From NCBI GenBank assembly GCA_022710775.1, contig JAKLGH010000004.1, positions 9,277-73,276 on the forward strand: DNA of 64,000 nt. The letters are read 5' to 3'. This document shows positions 1 through 7,916 of the stretch, piece by piece. The notes under the pieces are model-generated. The model had not been told where the DNA came from and ran no database searches. It saw nothing but the letters and a program-made list of their open reading frames with translations. Numbering within the stretch: position 1 is the first letter of the stretch; each line of letters starts with the position of its first letter. Position numbers and translations under genes: made by a program. Origin of the DNA: Patescibacteria group bacterium (GTDB taxonomy: Bacteria > Patescibacteriota > Minisyncoccia > Minisyncoccales > UBA5738).

Positions 1-219
1 CGAGAAGTGTTTGGCCTAAAACCCGAAAAACTTACTTATTTTTATTTGGAGAACGCGAAAAAGATTACATTTATCGGCAGCGAATCCGATATTGAAAGAC
101 AAAAAGAGAAGATTGCCGGGCAGATTGAAAAGATAGAAAAAAGCAATTTCTACGCCACTCCCGGCTGGCACTGCGACTGGTGCGATTACAAAGGAATTTG
201 CGAATTCGCGAAAAAATAA
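1..219 (+). CDS. C-terminal fragment of a PD-(D/E)XK / Cas4-AddB-like nuclease (5' end outside window)
   Basis: The frame is open from base 1 to the stop at 217-219. It ends in the Cys cluster WHCDWCDYKGIC (CxxCxxxxxC) typical of Fe-S nuclease domains. Confidence 0.4.
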   Translation, partial: REVFGLKPEKLTYFYLENAKKITFIGSESDIERQKEKIAGQIEKIEKSNFYATPGWHCDWCDYKGICEFAKK

Positions 220-337
220 ATTTTACTCTTAACATGCTTCGCCAGGCAAAACATTCGGAAGATAAAATTGATTAAATATTTTTTGCGGATTTTTTAAATA
301 TGCGGGTAGTGTTATAATTTAAGCAGAATATAATTAT

Positions 338-553
338 ATGAACGGGATAATTAAATTTGTTTTTACTATTTTAGGGGGTGTTTTGATAGGGTTCGGATTG
401 GGAATATTTGTTTATAAAAGCGCTTTGCTGGCGATTAGGCAATATGAGATTGCGATGATCTTAAGCCTTATTTTGGGCGGTTTTTTCATTGCCTTGGGAA
501 TGCCCGGAAGAAAGAGCGTCCAGATCGAGCAAATCCAAAACGGCCAGCAATAA
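338..553 (+). CDS. Small hydrophobic protein (71 aa, about 2 TM helices)
   Basis: ORF track entry with two long hydrophobic stretches. No recognisable family. Confidence 0.35.
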   Translation: MNGIIKFVFTILGGVLIGFGLGIFVYKSALLAIRQYEIAMILSLILGGFFIALGMPGRKSVQIEQIQNGQQ

Positions 554-660
554 GAGCCGGATAGGGGTTTCGAGCTTTTGTTTTTCCGCGCCGGCGGTTT
601 TTTGCGGGTTTAATTGTAGAGGGGTTTTTAAAATTTTTTTGTATTGATGTCTGTAAAGGT

Positions 661-873
661 ATGATGGATTATATCGTATATACTCTTGCTCCGCTGATCG
701 CGGTTTTAGCCATTATTCTTTACGCGATCGGCTTGATGGTGAGCGCAGCCAGGCAGCATCCGGAAGGCATATTAAAATACAAAAAAGCGATCACAGCCGC
801 TATTATCGGTTTAATGATTATTTTTCTGGCAGCGGGCATGGTGAACCTCTTATTCAGAGTTATCAGCCGCTAA
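661..873 (+). CDS. Small hydrophobic protein (70 aa, about 2 TM helices)
   Basis: ORF track entry with a TM-loop-TM layout. No recognisable family. Confidence 0.35.
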   Translation: MMDYIVYTLAPLIAVLAIILYAIGLMVSAARQHPEGILKYKKAITAAIIGLMIIFLAAGMVNLLFRVISR

Positions 874-889
874 AACGAAAAGAGTCATT

Positions 890-1825
890 CTAGTTCTCAA
901 AAGCCCTCATCAAGGGAGGAAGGATCTCTTTTTTTCTGGACATGGCTTTATCGATGTAGACGGAAGCATTTTCCAGAGTCTTTCCGAAGGCTTTTTCCAC
1001 ATAGCCGGTTTCTCCGACGGCGAGGAGTTTCGAGCCTTCTTTGATGATGTCGGTGACCATTAAAACCGCCAGAGCCAGGTTTTCTTTCTGCCTGGCCAGT
1101 TCCATTGCTTCCAATATTTCCTTCTGGCGCTGATCGGCCTCTTGGAGGCCGCAGACTTCGATCTGGCCGACGCCGAATTTTTTTCCGCCGGCAACGAATG
1201 TTTTAAAATCGGAGTAGAGGATCTTATCGGCGCATAAGCCTTTCAAGCCGGCTTTTTGTTTTTTGATCTCGATGCCGAAATCGACCAGTTTTTTAATGCC
1301 AGCCGCGCGCCCGAGTTTTTTGGCGATGTCGATATCTTCGGGCGTGGTAGTTGCTGATTTGAAAAAAACCGTATCGGAAAGAATGGCGGAAAGCAATAGG
1401 CCGGCCGATTTTTTGGTGAGCAAAAAGTTCTTTTTATCGGCCATTAGGATTTTAGCCACTATCGTGGCGGTGGAGCCGACCGGTTTTACAAGAAAGGGTA
1501 TCGGGCTGTCGCAGGCAAAAACTATTTTATGGTGGTCGATGACCTCAACTACGGTTGCGGAATCCATTCCGTCGACGCCTTGGTTTATTTCGTTATGGTC
1601 AACCAGCACCAGCTTTTTGCCGAGGGCGGCGGATAAGAGCTCCGGCGGCGCCGCTTTGAAGCGGTTCAAGACGAATTTTGTTTCAGCATTGAGTTCTCCG
1701 GCCACAGCGGGAACGGCGTTCATTTTTTTTGCTTTTTTCAAATATTCGGCGTAAACAACCGCCGAACAAACCGAGTCGGTATCCGGGGATTTGTGGCCGA
1801 CAACGTAGATTTTTTCTTTTTCCAT
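890..1825 (-). CDS. ppaC: Family II (Mn-dependent) inorganic pyrophosphatase, DHH/DHHA2
   Basis: 311 aa. N-terminal GHKSPDTDSVCS and a DHH motif (VIDHHK). Length and layout match PpaC. Confidence 0.75.
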   Translation of the reverse strand: MEKEKIYVVGHKSPDTDSVCSAVVYAEYLKKAKKMNAVPAVAGELNAETKFVLNRFKAAPPELLSAALGKKLVLVDHNEINQGVDGMDSATVVEVIDHHKIVFACDSPIPFLVKPVGSTATIVAKILMADKKNFLLTKKSAGLLLSAILSDTVFFKSATTTPEDIDIAKKLGRAAGIKKLVDFGIEIKKQKAGLKGLCADKILYSDFKTFVAGGKKFGVGQIEVCGLQEADQRQKEILEAMELARQKENLALAVLMVTDIIKEGSKLLAVGETGYVEKAFGKTLENASVYIDKAMSRKKEILPPLMRAFEN

Positions 1826-2055
1826 GGGCGTAGTTGGTTTTAATTTGATTGTCTTTATATTAAAATAAACGATATTGAATGTAAAATAATTTTTTGATTT
1901 TAAATTTCCAATTTCTAATTTCCAATTTTCATTGAATTTTCAATGTTTCAATGATTAAATAAGCCGTGTCAGTTTGAAAATTGTTTTATCGAATCATTTA
2001 TTGTAAATTTGTAAAATTAAAAATTGAAAATTAAGAAATCATAATAATTGTATTT

Positions 2056-2805
2056 ATGTCTGACTTCATCGTTTATTCGATTTTGGGCGTTCTTCAGGGG
2101 ATCTTCGAGTGGATTCCCATTTCCAGCGAGGGAGTGGTGTCTTTGGCCGCCAATTTTTTAAAAGCGGAAGGTAATCCGGTCGATCTGGCGCTTTTTTTGC
2201 ACATCGGCACTTTAGCCGCGGCGATTTTTTATTACCGGAAGGACTGGATCAGCGTGTTTGCCTTCAAAGATCGCAAATTGCTGTCTTTTATAATGATTGC
2301 GACGATTATTTCCTTGCCGCTGGGGTTTGCGGTCTATAAGCTGATCGAGCAAACTGCGGTAGGGGCCGGGTTGCTGGCGATCACGGGAGCAGGATTGCTT
2401 TTTACCGCGTATTTTGCGAAAAAGAAGGTCTTTTTAAAGATCAGCGATGAAAAATTAGCCGCTATAACCGGCATTATGCAGGGTTTGGCGGTAATTCCGG
2501 GATTTTCGCGTTCCGGTTCCACGATATTCGGTTTATCGTTGGCGAAATCCGAACCCAAGGAAATCTTGCGGCTATCCTATTTGATGTCGGTACCGGCCGT
2601 AGCCGCTTCAACCCTTTATTTTCTGGTTTTTAAAGGAGGAGATTTTTCGATGCAGCTTTGGCCCGGCGTTCTGGCCAGTTTTTTATCGGGGCTGCTGTTT
2701 CTTGATATGCTGACCAAAATGGGGGAGAAGGTGAATTTTTTCAAATTTGCGCTGGCTTTCGCTTTTCTTTGCTTCGCCGGAGCGGCCCTGGAATTTGTTT
2801 TTTAG
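2056..2805 (+). CDS. uppP: Undecaprenyl-diphosphate phosphatase
   Basis: 249-aa polytopic membrane protein with EWIPISSEG and PGFSRSGSTI, the two UppP/BacA signature motifs. Confidence 0.75.
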   Translation: MSDFIVYSILGVLQGIFEWIPISSEGVVSLAANFLKAEGNPVDLALFLHIGTLAAAIFYYRKDWISVFAFKDRKLLSFIMIATIISLPLGFAVYKLIEQTAVGAGLLAITGAGLLFTAYFAKKKVFLKISDEKLAAITGIMQGLAVIPGFSRSGSTIFGLSLAKSEPKEILRLSYLMSVPAVAASTLYFLVFKGGDFSMQLWPGVLASFLSGLLFLDMLTKMGEKVNFFKFALAFAFLCFAGAALEFVF

Positions 2806-3132
2806 GTTTTTTAAAAACGTCCAGGGAGTGTTTTTGGCCGGAGTTTCGCGCAATTTAAGATTGATTGCCCTTGACTATTGTATTTAACTGAATTATTTTA
2901 TATTAAGGATAGTTTAAAGGTCGTATGACTACTATCGCTAAAAGCGCGAAAAAAGTTCCAGGCCGCTAAGGGCAAAAAGAAAATTCACGGTAAGCCGCCC
3001 GGCGGACAATCGGCATGTTTGAAAAAACAGGTCCGGGAATTCTCAATTCAGGCTTTTTGGCTAAGAAGCTTAATTGCCTGAAAGGAGGCAATAAAAATAA
3101 GTAAAAATAAAAATAAATAAATAAAAATTCAT

Positions 3133-3306
3133 ATGGCAACAACAGGATATTGCGTAAGATGCAAAGCTAAGCAAGAAATGAAGAATGAGAAGACTATTGA
3201 GATGAAAGGAAAGGGCGGAGTCAAAAGAGCTGCCGTCACCGGAGAGTGTCCGGTTTGCGGAACGAAGATGTTCAGGATCATGGGAAAAGCGAAACCGGAG
3301 GCTTAA
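3133..3306 (+). CDS. Small zinc-ribbon protein (57 aa), DUF5679-like
   Basis: ATG..TAA ORF below the track cutoff: MATTGYCVRCKAKQEM...GECPVCGTKMFRIMGK, with two CxxC pairs. Confidence 0.5.
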   Translation: MATTGYCVRCKAKQEMKNEKTIEMKGKGGVKRAAVTGECPVCGTKMFRIMGKAKPEA

Positions 3307-3482
3307 GTTTTTTGGCAGGTGATGTTTAGCGCTATTTTTTAATTCGAATTAAAAAATTTAAATCATTCGCGAAAACCGAAAGTTTGGCGCGATGGCTGTT
3401 TTATTCAAAAAAACGTTCCCCGCTTAGCGGGGGCGTTTTTTTGTTCCTTTACTTAAAAATTTTTCTTGGTAGAATCCAAGCC

Positions 3483-4373
3483 ATGAAAGATGATTTAAAG
3501 CCAAAAAAGCGGCGCAGCTTTAAAAAGATCATTGCCGTAACCGTAGTGGCGAATATGCTGGTTTGGCTGGCTTTTTTCGAATTGTCGGCACAAGGGCTGT
3601 TGCGCGTGGAATTTTTCGACGTGGGCCAAGGGGATGCCGCGCTGATAAAAACTCCTTCAGGCGCCGACATACTGATTGATGGCGGCCCTGGCCTCGCGGT
3701 TCTGGAGGGGCTGGGAAGGTCTTTGCCGTTTTGGGACCGCGATATCGATCTCCTGATCCTGACCCATGCCGACCATGACCATTTGGCCGGATTGCTGGAA
3801 GTTTTAAAGCAGTATAAGGTAAAAAGCGTTCTTTGGAACGGCGCGATAAAAGATACTGCCGAATTTGAGGAGTGGGCCAGGCTTATTTTTGAGGAAAAAA
3901 GCGATATTTACATCGCCCGCGCCGGTATGCGGATAACTTTTGACCGGGAACCCGGCCATTTTATTGAAGTGCTTTATCCGGAGCAGGATTTATCGGGGGT
4001 TGCGGTAAAAGACGCGAACAACGGGTCGGTGGTAGTAAAACTGGTTTATGGAGAAAGCGAGTTTCTTTTTACGGGGGACATATACGGTTTTATCGAAGAT
4101 AGTCTGGCGAACGGAGATACCGATTTGGATGCCGACGTTTTAAAAGTTGCGCATCACGGCAGTAAAAATTCCGCGTCCGAACTATTTTTGAGAAAGGTTG
4201 ATCCCGATATTGCGGTTATTTCCGTCGGACGCAACAGCTATGGCCATCCCAGCGAGGAAATCTTGGAAATGATGGAAAAACATGGTATAAAAATATTCAG
4301 GACGGATATGGCCGGAGATATAACATTTACAACCGATGGTCAAAATTTAAGTCTAAAAACCGAAAATCAATAA
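3483..4373 (+). CDS. ComEC/Rec2-related metallo-beta-lactamase domain protein, membrane anchored
   Basis: HADHDH and HHGS motifs and one N-terminal TM. The in-frame ATG at 3483 is preferred over the TTG-extended track ORF starting at 3384. Confidence 0.65.
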   Translation: MKDDLKPKKRRSFKKIIAVTVVANMLVWLAFFELSAQGLLRVEFFDVGQGDAALIKTPSGADILIDGGPGLAVLEGLGRSLPFWDRDIDLLILTHADHDHLAGLLEVLKQYKVKSVLWNGAIKDTAEFEEWARLIFEEKSDIYIARAGMRITFDREPGHFIEVLYPEQDLSGVAVKDANNGSVVVKLVYGESEFLFTGDIYGFIEDSLANGDTDLDADVLKVAHHGSKNSASELFLRKVDPDIAVISVGRNSYGHPSEEILEMMEKHGIKIFRTDMAGDITFTTDGQNLSLKTENQ

Positions 4374-4381
4374 ATCAAAAT

Positions 4382-5449
4382 ATGAAATTCCCAATTTTTA
4401 AAACCAAAATGGAAGGCAAGGACAAGACATTCAATTTAACCGATCCGGTGGAGCGCAACGACTATTTCCATTACAAGGTTGACGAAGAGATCGATAAGCT
4501 CAAAGATTATGTCAGGGAAAATTCTTTCATCGTTTATCTTTTAGGCAAAAAGAATTCCGGAAAGGGGACTTATTCCAAAATGTTTGCCGAGATAATTAAT
4601 CCCGAAAGGATTGACCATTTTTCCGTGGGCGATATGATCCGAGAGGTGAGCAAGGATATTCAGGACGGGACTAAGAAACAGGAAATCGAAGATTATTTGA
4701 AAAAAGAATACCGCGGCTGGGTACCGGCCGAGGATTTGATCAAAGCCATCGAGAACCGCGACACCAAAACGCTTCTTCCCACGGAACTGATATTGGCCTT
4801 GGTTAAGAGGGAAATCGCCAAACGGCCCAAGAAAACCATTTTCATCGACGGTTTTCCCCGGGAAATGGACCAGGTAAGCTATTCACTGTTTTTCCGGGAT
4901 TTGATCGGATTCCGCAACGACCAGGACGTGCTGGCATTCATTGATGTGCCGACCAACGTGATCGAAGAGCGAATCAAGTGGCGCCGGATCTGCCCGGTTT
5001 GCAACACTTCGCGCAGTATTAAGCTTTTGCCGACCGCCAAGATCGGCTACGACGAAGGCTCAAAAGAATTTTATTTGATTTGCGACAATCCAAAATGCCC
5101 GGGCCACAATACCCAAAAACTCGGTCCCAAAGAAGGCGACGAGCTCGGCATCGCTCCCTTGAAAGACCGCTTGGAGCTTGACCAAAAACTGATGGAAAAG
5201 GCCATGACGTTGTACGGCATTCCAAAAGTTTATTTGCGCAACGCCATTCCGGCTGAATTGGCCAAGGACTATGTCGACGACTACGAGCTGACCCCGGAAT
5301 TCGAATTTGCCTGGGACGGCAAAGAGGTGAAAACGACGCAAAAGCCCTGGACAGTCAAAGACGACGAGGGCGTCACTTCCCACAGCCTCATGGCCGCGCC
5401 GGTGGTTGTTTCTTTGATCAAACAGCTTGCCAGCGTGCTTGGATTATAA
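4382..5449 (+). CDS. Divergent adenylate-kinase-family protein with N- and C-terminal extensions
   Basis: 355 aa. P-loop GKKNSGKGT, DGFPR, and a zinc-lid-like CPVC...CDNPKCPG. Confidence 0.55.
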   Translation: MKFPIFKTKMEGKDKTFNLTDPVERNDYFHYKVDEEIDKLKDYVRENSFIVYLLGKKNSGKGTYSKMFAEIINPERIDHFSVGDMIREVSKDIQDGTKKQEIEDYLKKEYRGWVPAEDLIKAIENRDTKTLLPTELILALVKREIAKRPKKTIFIDGFPREMDQVSYSLFFRDLIGFRNDQDVLAFIDVPTNVIEERIKWRRICPVCNTSRSIKLLPTAKIGYDEGSKEFYLICDNPKCPGHNTQKLGPKEGDELGIAPLKDRLELDQKLMEKAMTLYGIPKVYLRNAIPAELAKDYVDDYELTPEFEFAWDGKEVKTTQKPWTVKDDEGVTSHSLMAAPVVVSLIKQLASVLGL

Positions 5450-5482
5450 ATTTTTCAGCGACATCGATTGTTTTTTTGGAAG

Positions 5483-5505
5483 CGCCCGGGTAACCGGGCG
5501 TTTTT
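5483..5505 (+). terminator. Rho-independent terminator after the Adk-like gene
   Basis: cgcccgg-gtaa-ccgggcg stem-loop followed by TTTTT. Confidence 0.7.
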
Positions 5506-5506
5506 G

Positions 5507-5534
5507 TTGACAGCCGACAGCTTTTAAATATAAT
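5507..5534 (+). promoter_or_regulatory. Sigma70-like promoter
   Basis: TTGACA (5507-5512), 16-nt spacer, TATAAT (5529-5534). Confidence 0.55.
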
Positions 5535-5885
5535 GACAGCGGGTGATATTATGTAGGAAGGCCTTCTAGCTTATTGGTCGCAAGAGCAGGTGCAATTCAT
5601 AAGGTGTATTCCAATACTGCTTTGGCTGATGCACGGCTTATTGTTTGGTATTATGGGGATCGCGCTTGGCAGCAAGAAATTGGTAAAAGACGGATTGGCA
5701 ATTTTAGTTACGGTCATGGCCGCGTTTTTATTCCGGCTAATCTGCCCCAAAAAGATTTTTTGACCGCGCTTTGCGTGATTATCGGATATGTTTTTATTGT
5801 CCACGGATATGTTAAGATCAGGCGCGCTAAAGCCGTTCTCGGATAGGGAAAAACGTGCTATATTAGCGCAAAAGGAGGCAGATCT

Positions 5886-6200
5886 TTGAAATATTCGCAA
5901 TATTTAAAGAGGTGCTTGCGGGGAACTTCCGGTTTTATTTGTCAGATATTTGCCGCTATATTGTTCGCGTGCGGCCTTATTGCCGAAGCCGCTGTTTATT
6001 TGATAGCCGGGGGATTGCTGTCGCTGTTTTTTTTGAAAAGTTTGCAGATGCAGACGCCAAGCACCTTTATCGATGTTATTTGGCAGCCGGTAGGAATAGC
6101 GCTGGGAATTATAATCTGGTCTGTCCAGCCCGGCTCGGGAAAAACACTGTTCCGCATTATCGCGGAGGTAAGAAAAATCAAAATACTCAAGAGGGCTTAA
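5886..6200 (+). CDS. Small membrane protein (104 aa, about 3 TM), TTG start
   Basis: GGAGG at 5874-5878, 7 nt before the TTG. Hydrophobic segments throughout. A weak hairpin plus T-run follows the stop. Confidence 0.4.
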   Translation: MKYSQYLKRCLRGTSGFICQIFAAILFACGLIAEAAVYLIAGGLLSLFFLKSLQMQTPSTFIDVIWQPVGIALGIIIWSVQPGSGKTLFRIIAEVRKIKILKRA

Positions 6201-6257
6201 TGCCTTCTTTTTTACGGCCAAATTTAAAAAAAATTGAAAAATTACCCGGGTTTTTGA

Positions 6258-6285
6258 TTGACAGGGCAGGCAATAAGCCTATAAT
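6258..6285 (+). promoter_or_regulatory. Sigma70-like promoter of the candidate sRNA
   Basis: TTGACA (6258-6263), 16-nt spacer, TATAAT (6280-6285), preceded by an A-rich tract. Confidence 0.55.
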
Positions 6286-6291
6286 AAAAGT

Positions 6292-6450
6292 ACCTCGTTT
6301 TGGTTACAAGTTCCAGAATAACTTTTTTTCGGGAGCCGGACATGCTTGCAATCCTCGGATTGCGGCTTGGGCACCCACTTGGGTTTCACCGGACACTTGT
6401 CCTCCAAAACGGGGTATGAAAACCCCTGCGCTTCGAGGCGCGGGTTTTTT
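6292..6450 (+). ncRNA. Candidate structured small RNA of about 160 nt, class unknown
   Basis: No credible ORF. An 11-bp closing helix pairs 6293-6303 with 6403-6413. Perfect 6-bp hairpin GCAATC-CTCG-GATTGC at 6348-6363. Ends in its own terminator at 6425-6450. Confidence 0.3.
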
Positions 6451-6474
6451 CTAAAACATCTTTTATCCTGAAAC

Positions 6475-6501
6475 AAAAAACTCCGTAATACGGAGTTTTT
6501 T
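6475..6501. terminator. Bidirectional terminator hairpin
   Basis: AAAAAA-ctccg-taata-cggag-TTTTTT. Lies between the candidate sRNA (+) and tRNA-Pro (-). Confidence 0.65.
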
Positions 6502-6546
6502 GTTTGTGAATCTACTCATCTGCTCAACACTCATCAACTATCCGAT

Positions 6547-6617
6547 TCGGGCTGCCGGGAATTGAACCCGGGTCGTACCCACCCCAAGGGTATATACTAC
6601 CGTTGTACTACAGCCCG
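6547..6617 (-). tRNA. tRNA-Pro (anticodon GGG)
   Basis: Hand-folded cloverleaf: acceptor CGGGCTG/CAGCCCG, anticodon arm TACCC-TTGGGGT-GGGTA, T arm CCGGG-TTCAATT-CCCGG. No encoded CCA. Confidence 0.8.
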
Positions 6618-6706
6618 TTGCGGCCGGCCGCGTTTTTTTACATAACAAACCCGGTAAACGGGTTTGATGTGATCGCTATTTTGAGCGGACAAAACATGCC
6701 GGAAAA

Positions 6707-6904
6707 TTATTTGACCGCGTTTTTAGCAAGCGTTTTTATGCATTTGGCGCAAGCCAAAATTTTTTCTCCCGAAGGCAAGGTTAAAGATTGCAGATTGGGA
6801 TTCTGTTTCCGTTTACAGGTCGGATTGTATTTTGTCGCCCTGAGCCTTACTCTCCGCCAAACAATTTTTCCGCGTTTTCCGCAGATTTTACATTCTTTTG
6901 ACAT
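6707..6904 (-). CDS. rpmB: 50S ribosomal protein L28 (Cys-containing form)
   Basis: 65 aa: MSKECKICGKRG...NPNLQ...CAKC. L28-like N-terminus and PNLQ motif. Confidence 0.75.
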   Translation of the reverse strand: MSKECKICGKRGKIVWRRVRLRATKYNPTCKRKQNPNLQSLTLPSGEKILACAKCIKTLAKNAVK

Positions 6905-6959
6905 ATCTTTTTTCCGATTATTGATGGCTTAAATCAGCCGAAAAAACCGTAACGCGTTA

Positions 6960-6988
6960 ATTATAAGGCATTTTAACTAAATTGGCAA
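6960..6988 (-). promoter_or_regulatory. Sigma70-like promoter for rpmB/tRNA-Pro
   Basis: On the minus strand: TTGCCA, 17 nt, TATAAT. Confidence 0.5.
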
Positions 6989-7034
6989 GATGCGGCTTCT
7001 GTGATAGGATAAAAAAGGACTAAAACACACTACA

Positions 7035-7691
7035 ATGGCGGACATTATAGGGCTTATCGCTTGGATTTTGATATTAGTTTTTTCGATCGTCATCCATGAA
7101 GTGGCGCATGGCGCGGTGGCTAATTGGCAGGGAGATCCGACGGCCAAATATTCCGGACGATTAACGCTCAATCCTCTGAAACATTTAGATATGTTCGGTT
7201 CTTTTTTGCTGCCGCTCGGCTTATATTTGGCTACAGCCGGAAGCATGGTTTTCGGCTACGCTAAGCCGGTGCCCATAAATCCAAGCAATTTTCGCGACCA
7301 GAAATACGGACCAGCCAAAGTGGCGATTGCCGGACCAGCCGTAAATTTTATTTTAGTGGTTTTGTTCGGCTTGGCATTGAGGTTCTTGCTGGGTTTTGAT
7401 TTTGTCCATCCGGCAATACAGGCTTTGAACAATATGTTTATCGTGGTCGTTTGGATAAACCTCATACTGATGATTTTTAATCTAATTCCGATTCCGCCGC
7501 TGGACGGCTCTCACATTCTGTTCGCTTTTTTGCCGCCTTCACAGGAGGATTTCAAGATTTTTCTGCAAAGATACGGCGGATTTATCCTGATATTTCTGAT
7601 CATTTTCAAAGTGGGGGATTTCAGCTTTGCGGCTTCGCTGCAAGTGATCATGGGTTTTCTTTTTAAAACTATCGTTGGATTTTCGATTTGA
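7035..7691 (+). CDS. Site-2 protease family (peptidase M50) membrane metalloprotease
   Basis: 218 aa. HEVAHG (HExxH) and NLIPIPPLDGSH motifs. Polytopic. Confidence 0.75.
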   Translation: MADIIGLIAWILILVFSIVIHEVAHGAVANWQGDPTAKYSGRLTLNPLKHLDMFGSFLLPLGLYLATAGSMVFGYAKPVPINPSNFRDQKYGPAKVAIAGPAVNFILVVLFGLALRFLLGFDFVHPAIQALNNMFIVVVWINLILMIFNLIPIPPLDGSHILFAFLPPSQEDFKIFLQRYGGFILIFLIIFKVGDFSFAASLQVIMGFLFKTIVGFSI

Positions 7692-7718
7692 TAATGGTCT
7701 CATTTTAAGCCTTTTTTT

Positions 7719-7789
7719 CGCGAATCGGGATGGTGGAAAAAGCGCCGAAAGAGACATGCTGAAAAAAACGGGCAACTTCGGCAGCGGGG
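7719..7789 (+). repeat. Promoter-upstream repeat element, copy a (core CGGCAGCGGG at 7779-7788)
   Basis: cgcgaatcggg...aaagagacatgctg...gcaacttcggcagcgggg. Alignable by eye to the copy at 31143-31216. The core is shared with copies at 46987 and 50925. Confidence 0.6.
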
Positions 7790-7796
7790 CGGCGTG

Positions 7797-7825
7797 TTGA
7801 CATTCTTTCTTTTTTTTGATACATT
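7797..7825 (+). promoter_or_regulatory. Promoter of the rpsL-rpsG-fusA cluster
   Basis: TTGACA (7797-7802), 17 nt, TACATT with an upstream TG (extended -10). Confidence 0.5.
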
Positions 7826-7916
7826 TTTGTTGAGCACAAAATACTCAATTAATTTTTTTGTTTTGATTGATTGAAACAAAGAAAAAATTTCAATAATTTT
7901 TTGTATTGCAACGACC

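Noticed and set aside
6292-6450. Identity of the candidate sRNA as SRP (4.5S), 6S, RNase P RNA, tmRNA or a riboswitch
   Set aside because: I found no SRP domain IV motifs (GGAA tetraloop with flanking AGCA/CAGG loops), no RNase P GAGGAAAGUCC box and no tRNA-like tmRNA ends. There is also no downstream gene for a riboswitch before the terminator. The class is left open.
5571-6476. Track ORFs 5571-5900 (-), 5574-5846 (+), 5904-6221 (-), 5912-6454 (+) and 6279-6476 (-)
   Set aside because: They run across promoter and terminator signals and the candidate sRNA, lack RBSs and have implausible composition. Only the hydrophobic 5629-5763 and 5886-6200 frames look protein-like.
6603-6932. Plus-strand 109-aa ORF overlapping rpmB
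   Set aside because: The opposite strand encodes a clearly recognisable L28, so the plus-strand frame is a shadow ORF.
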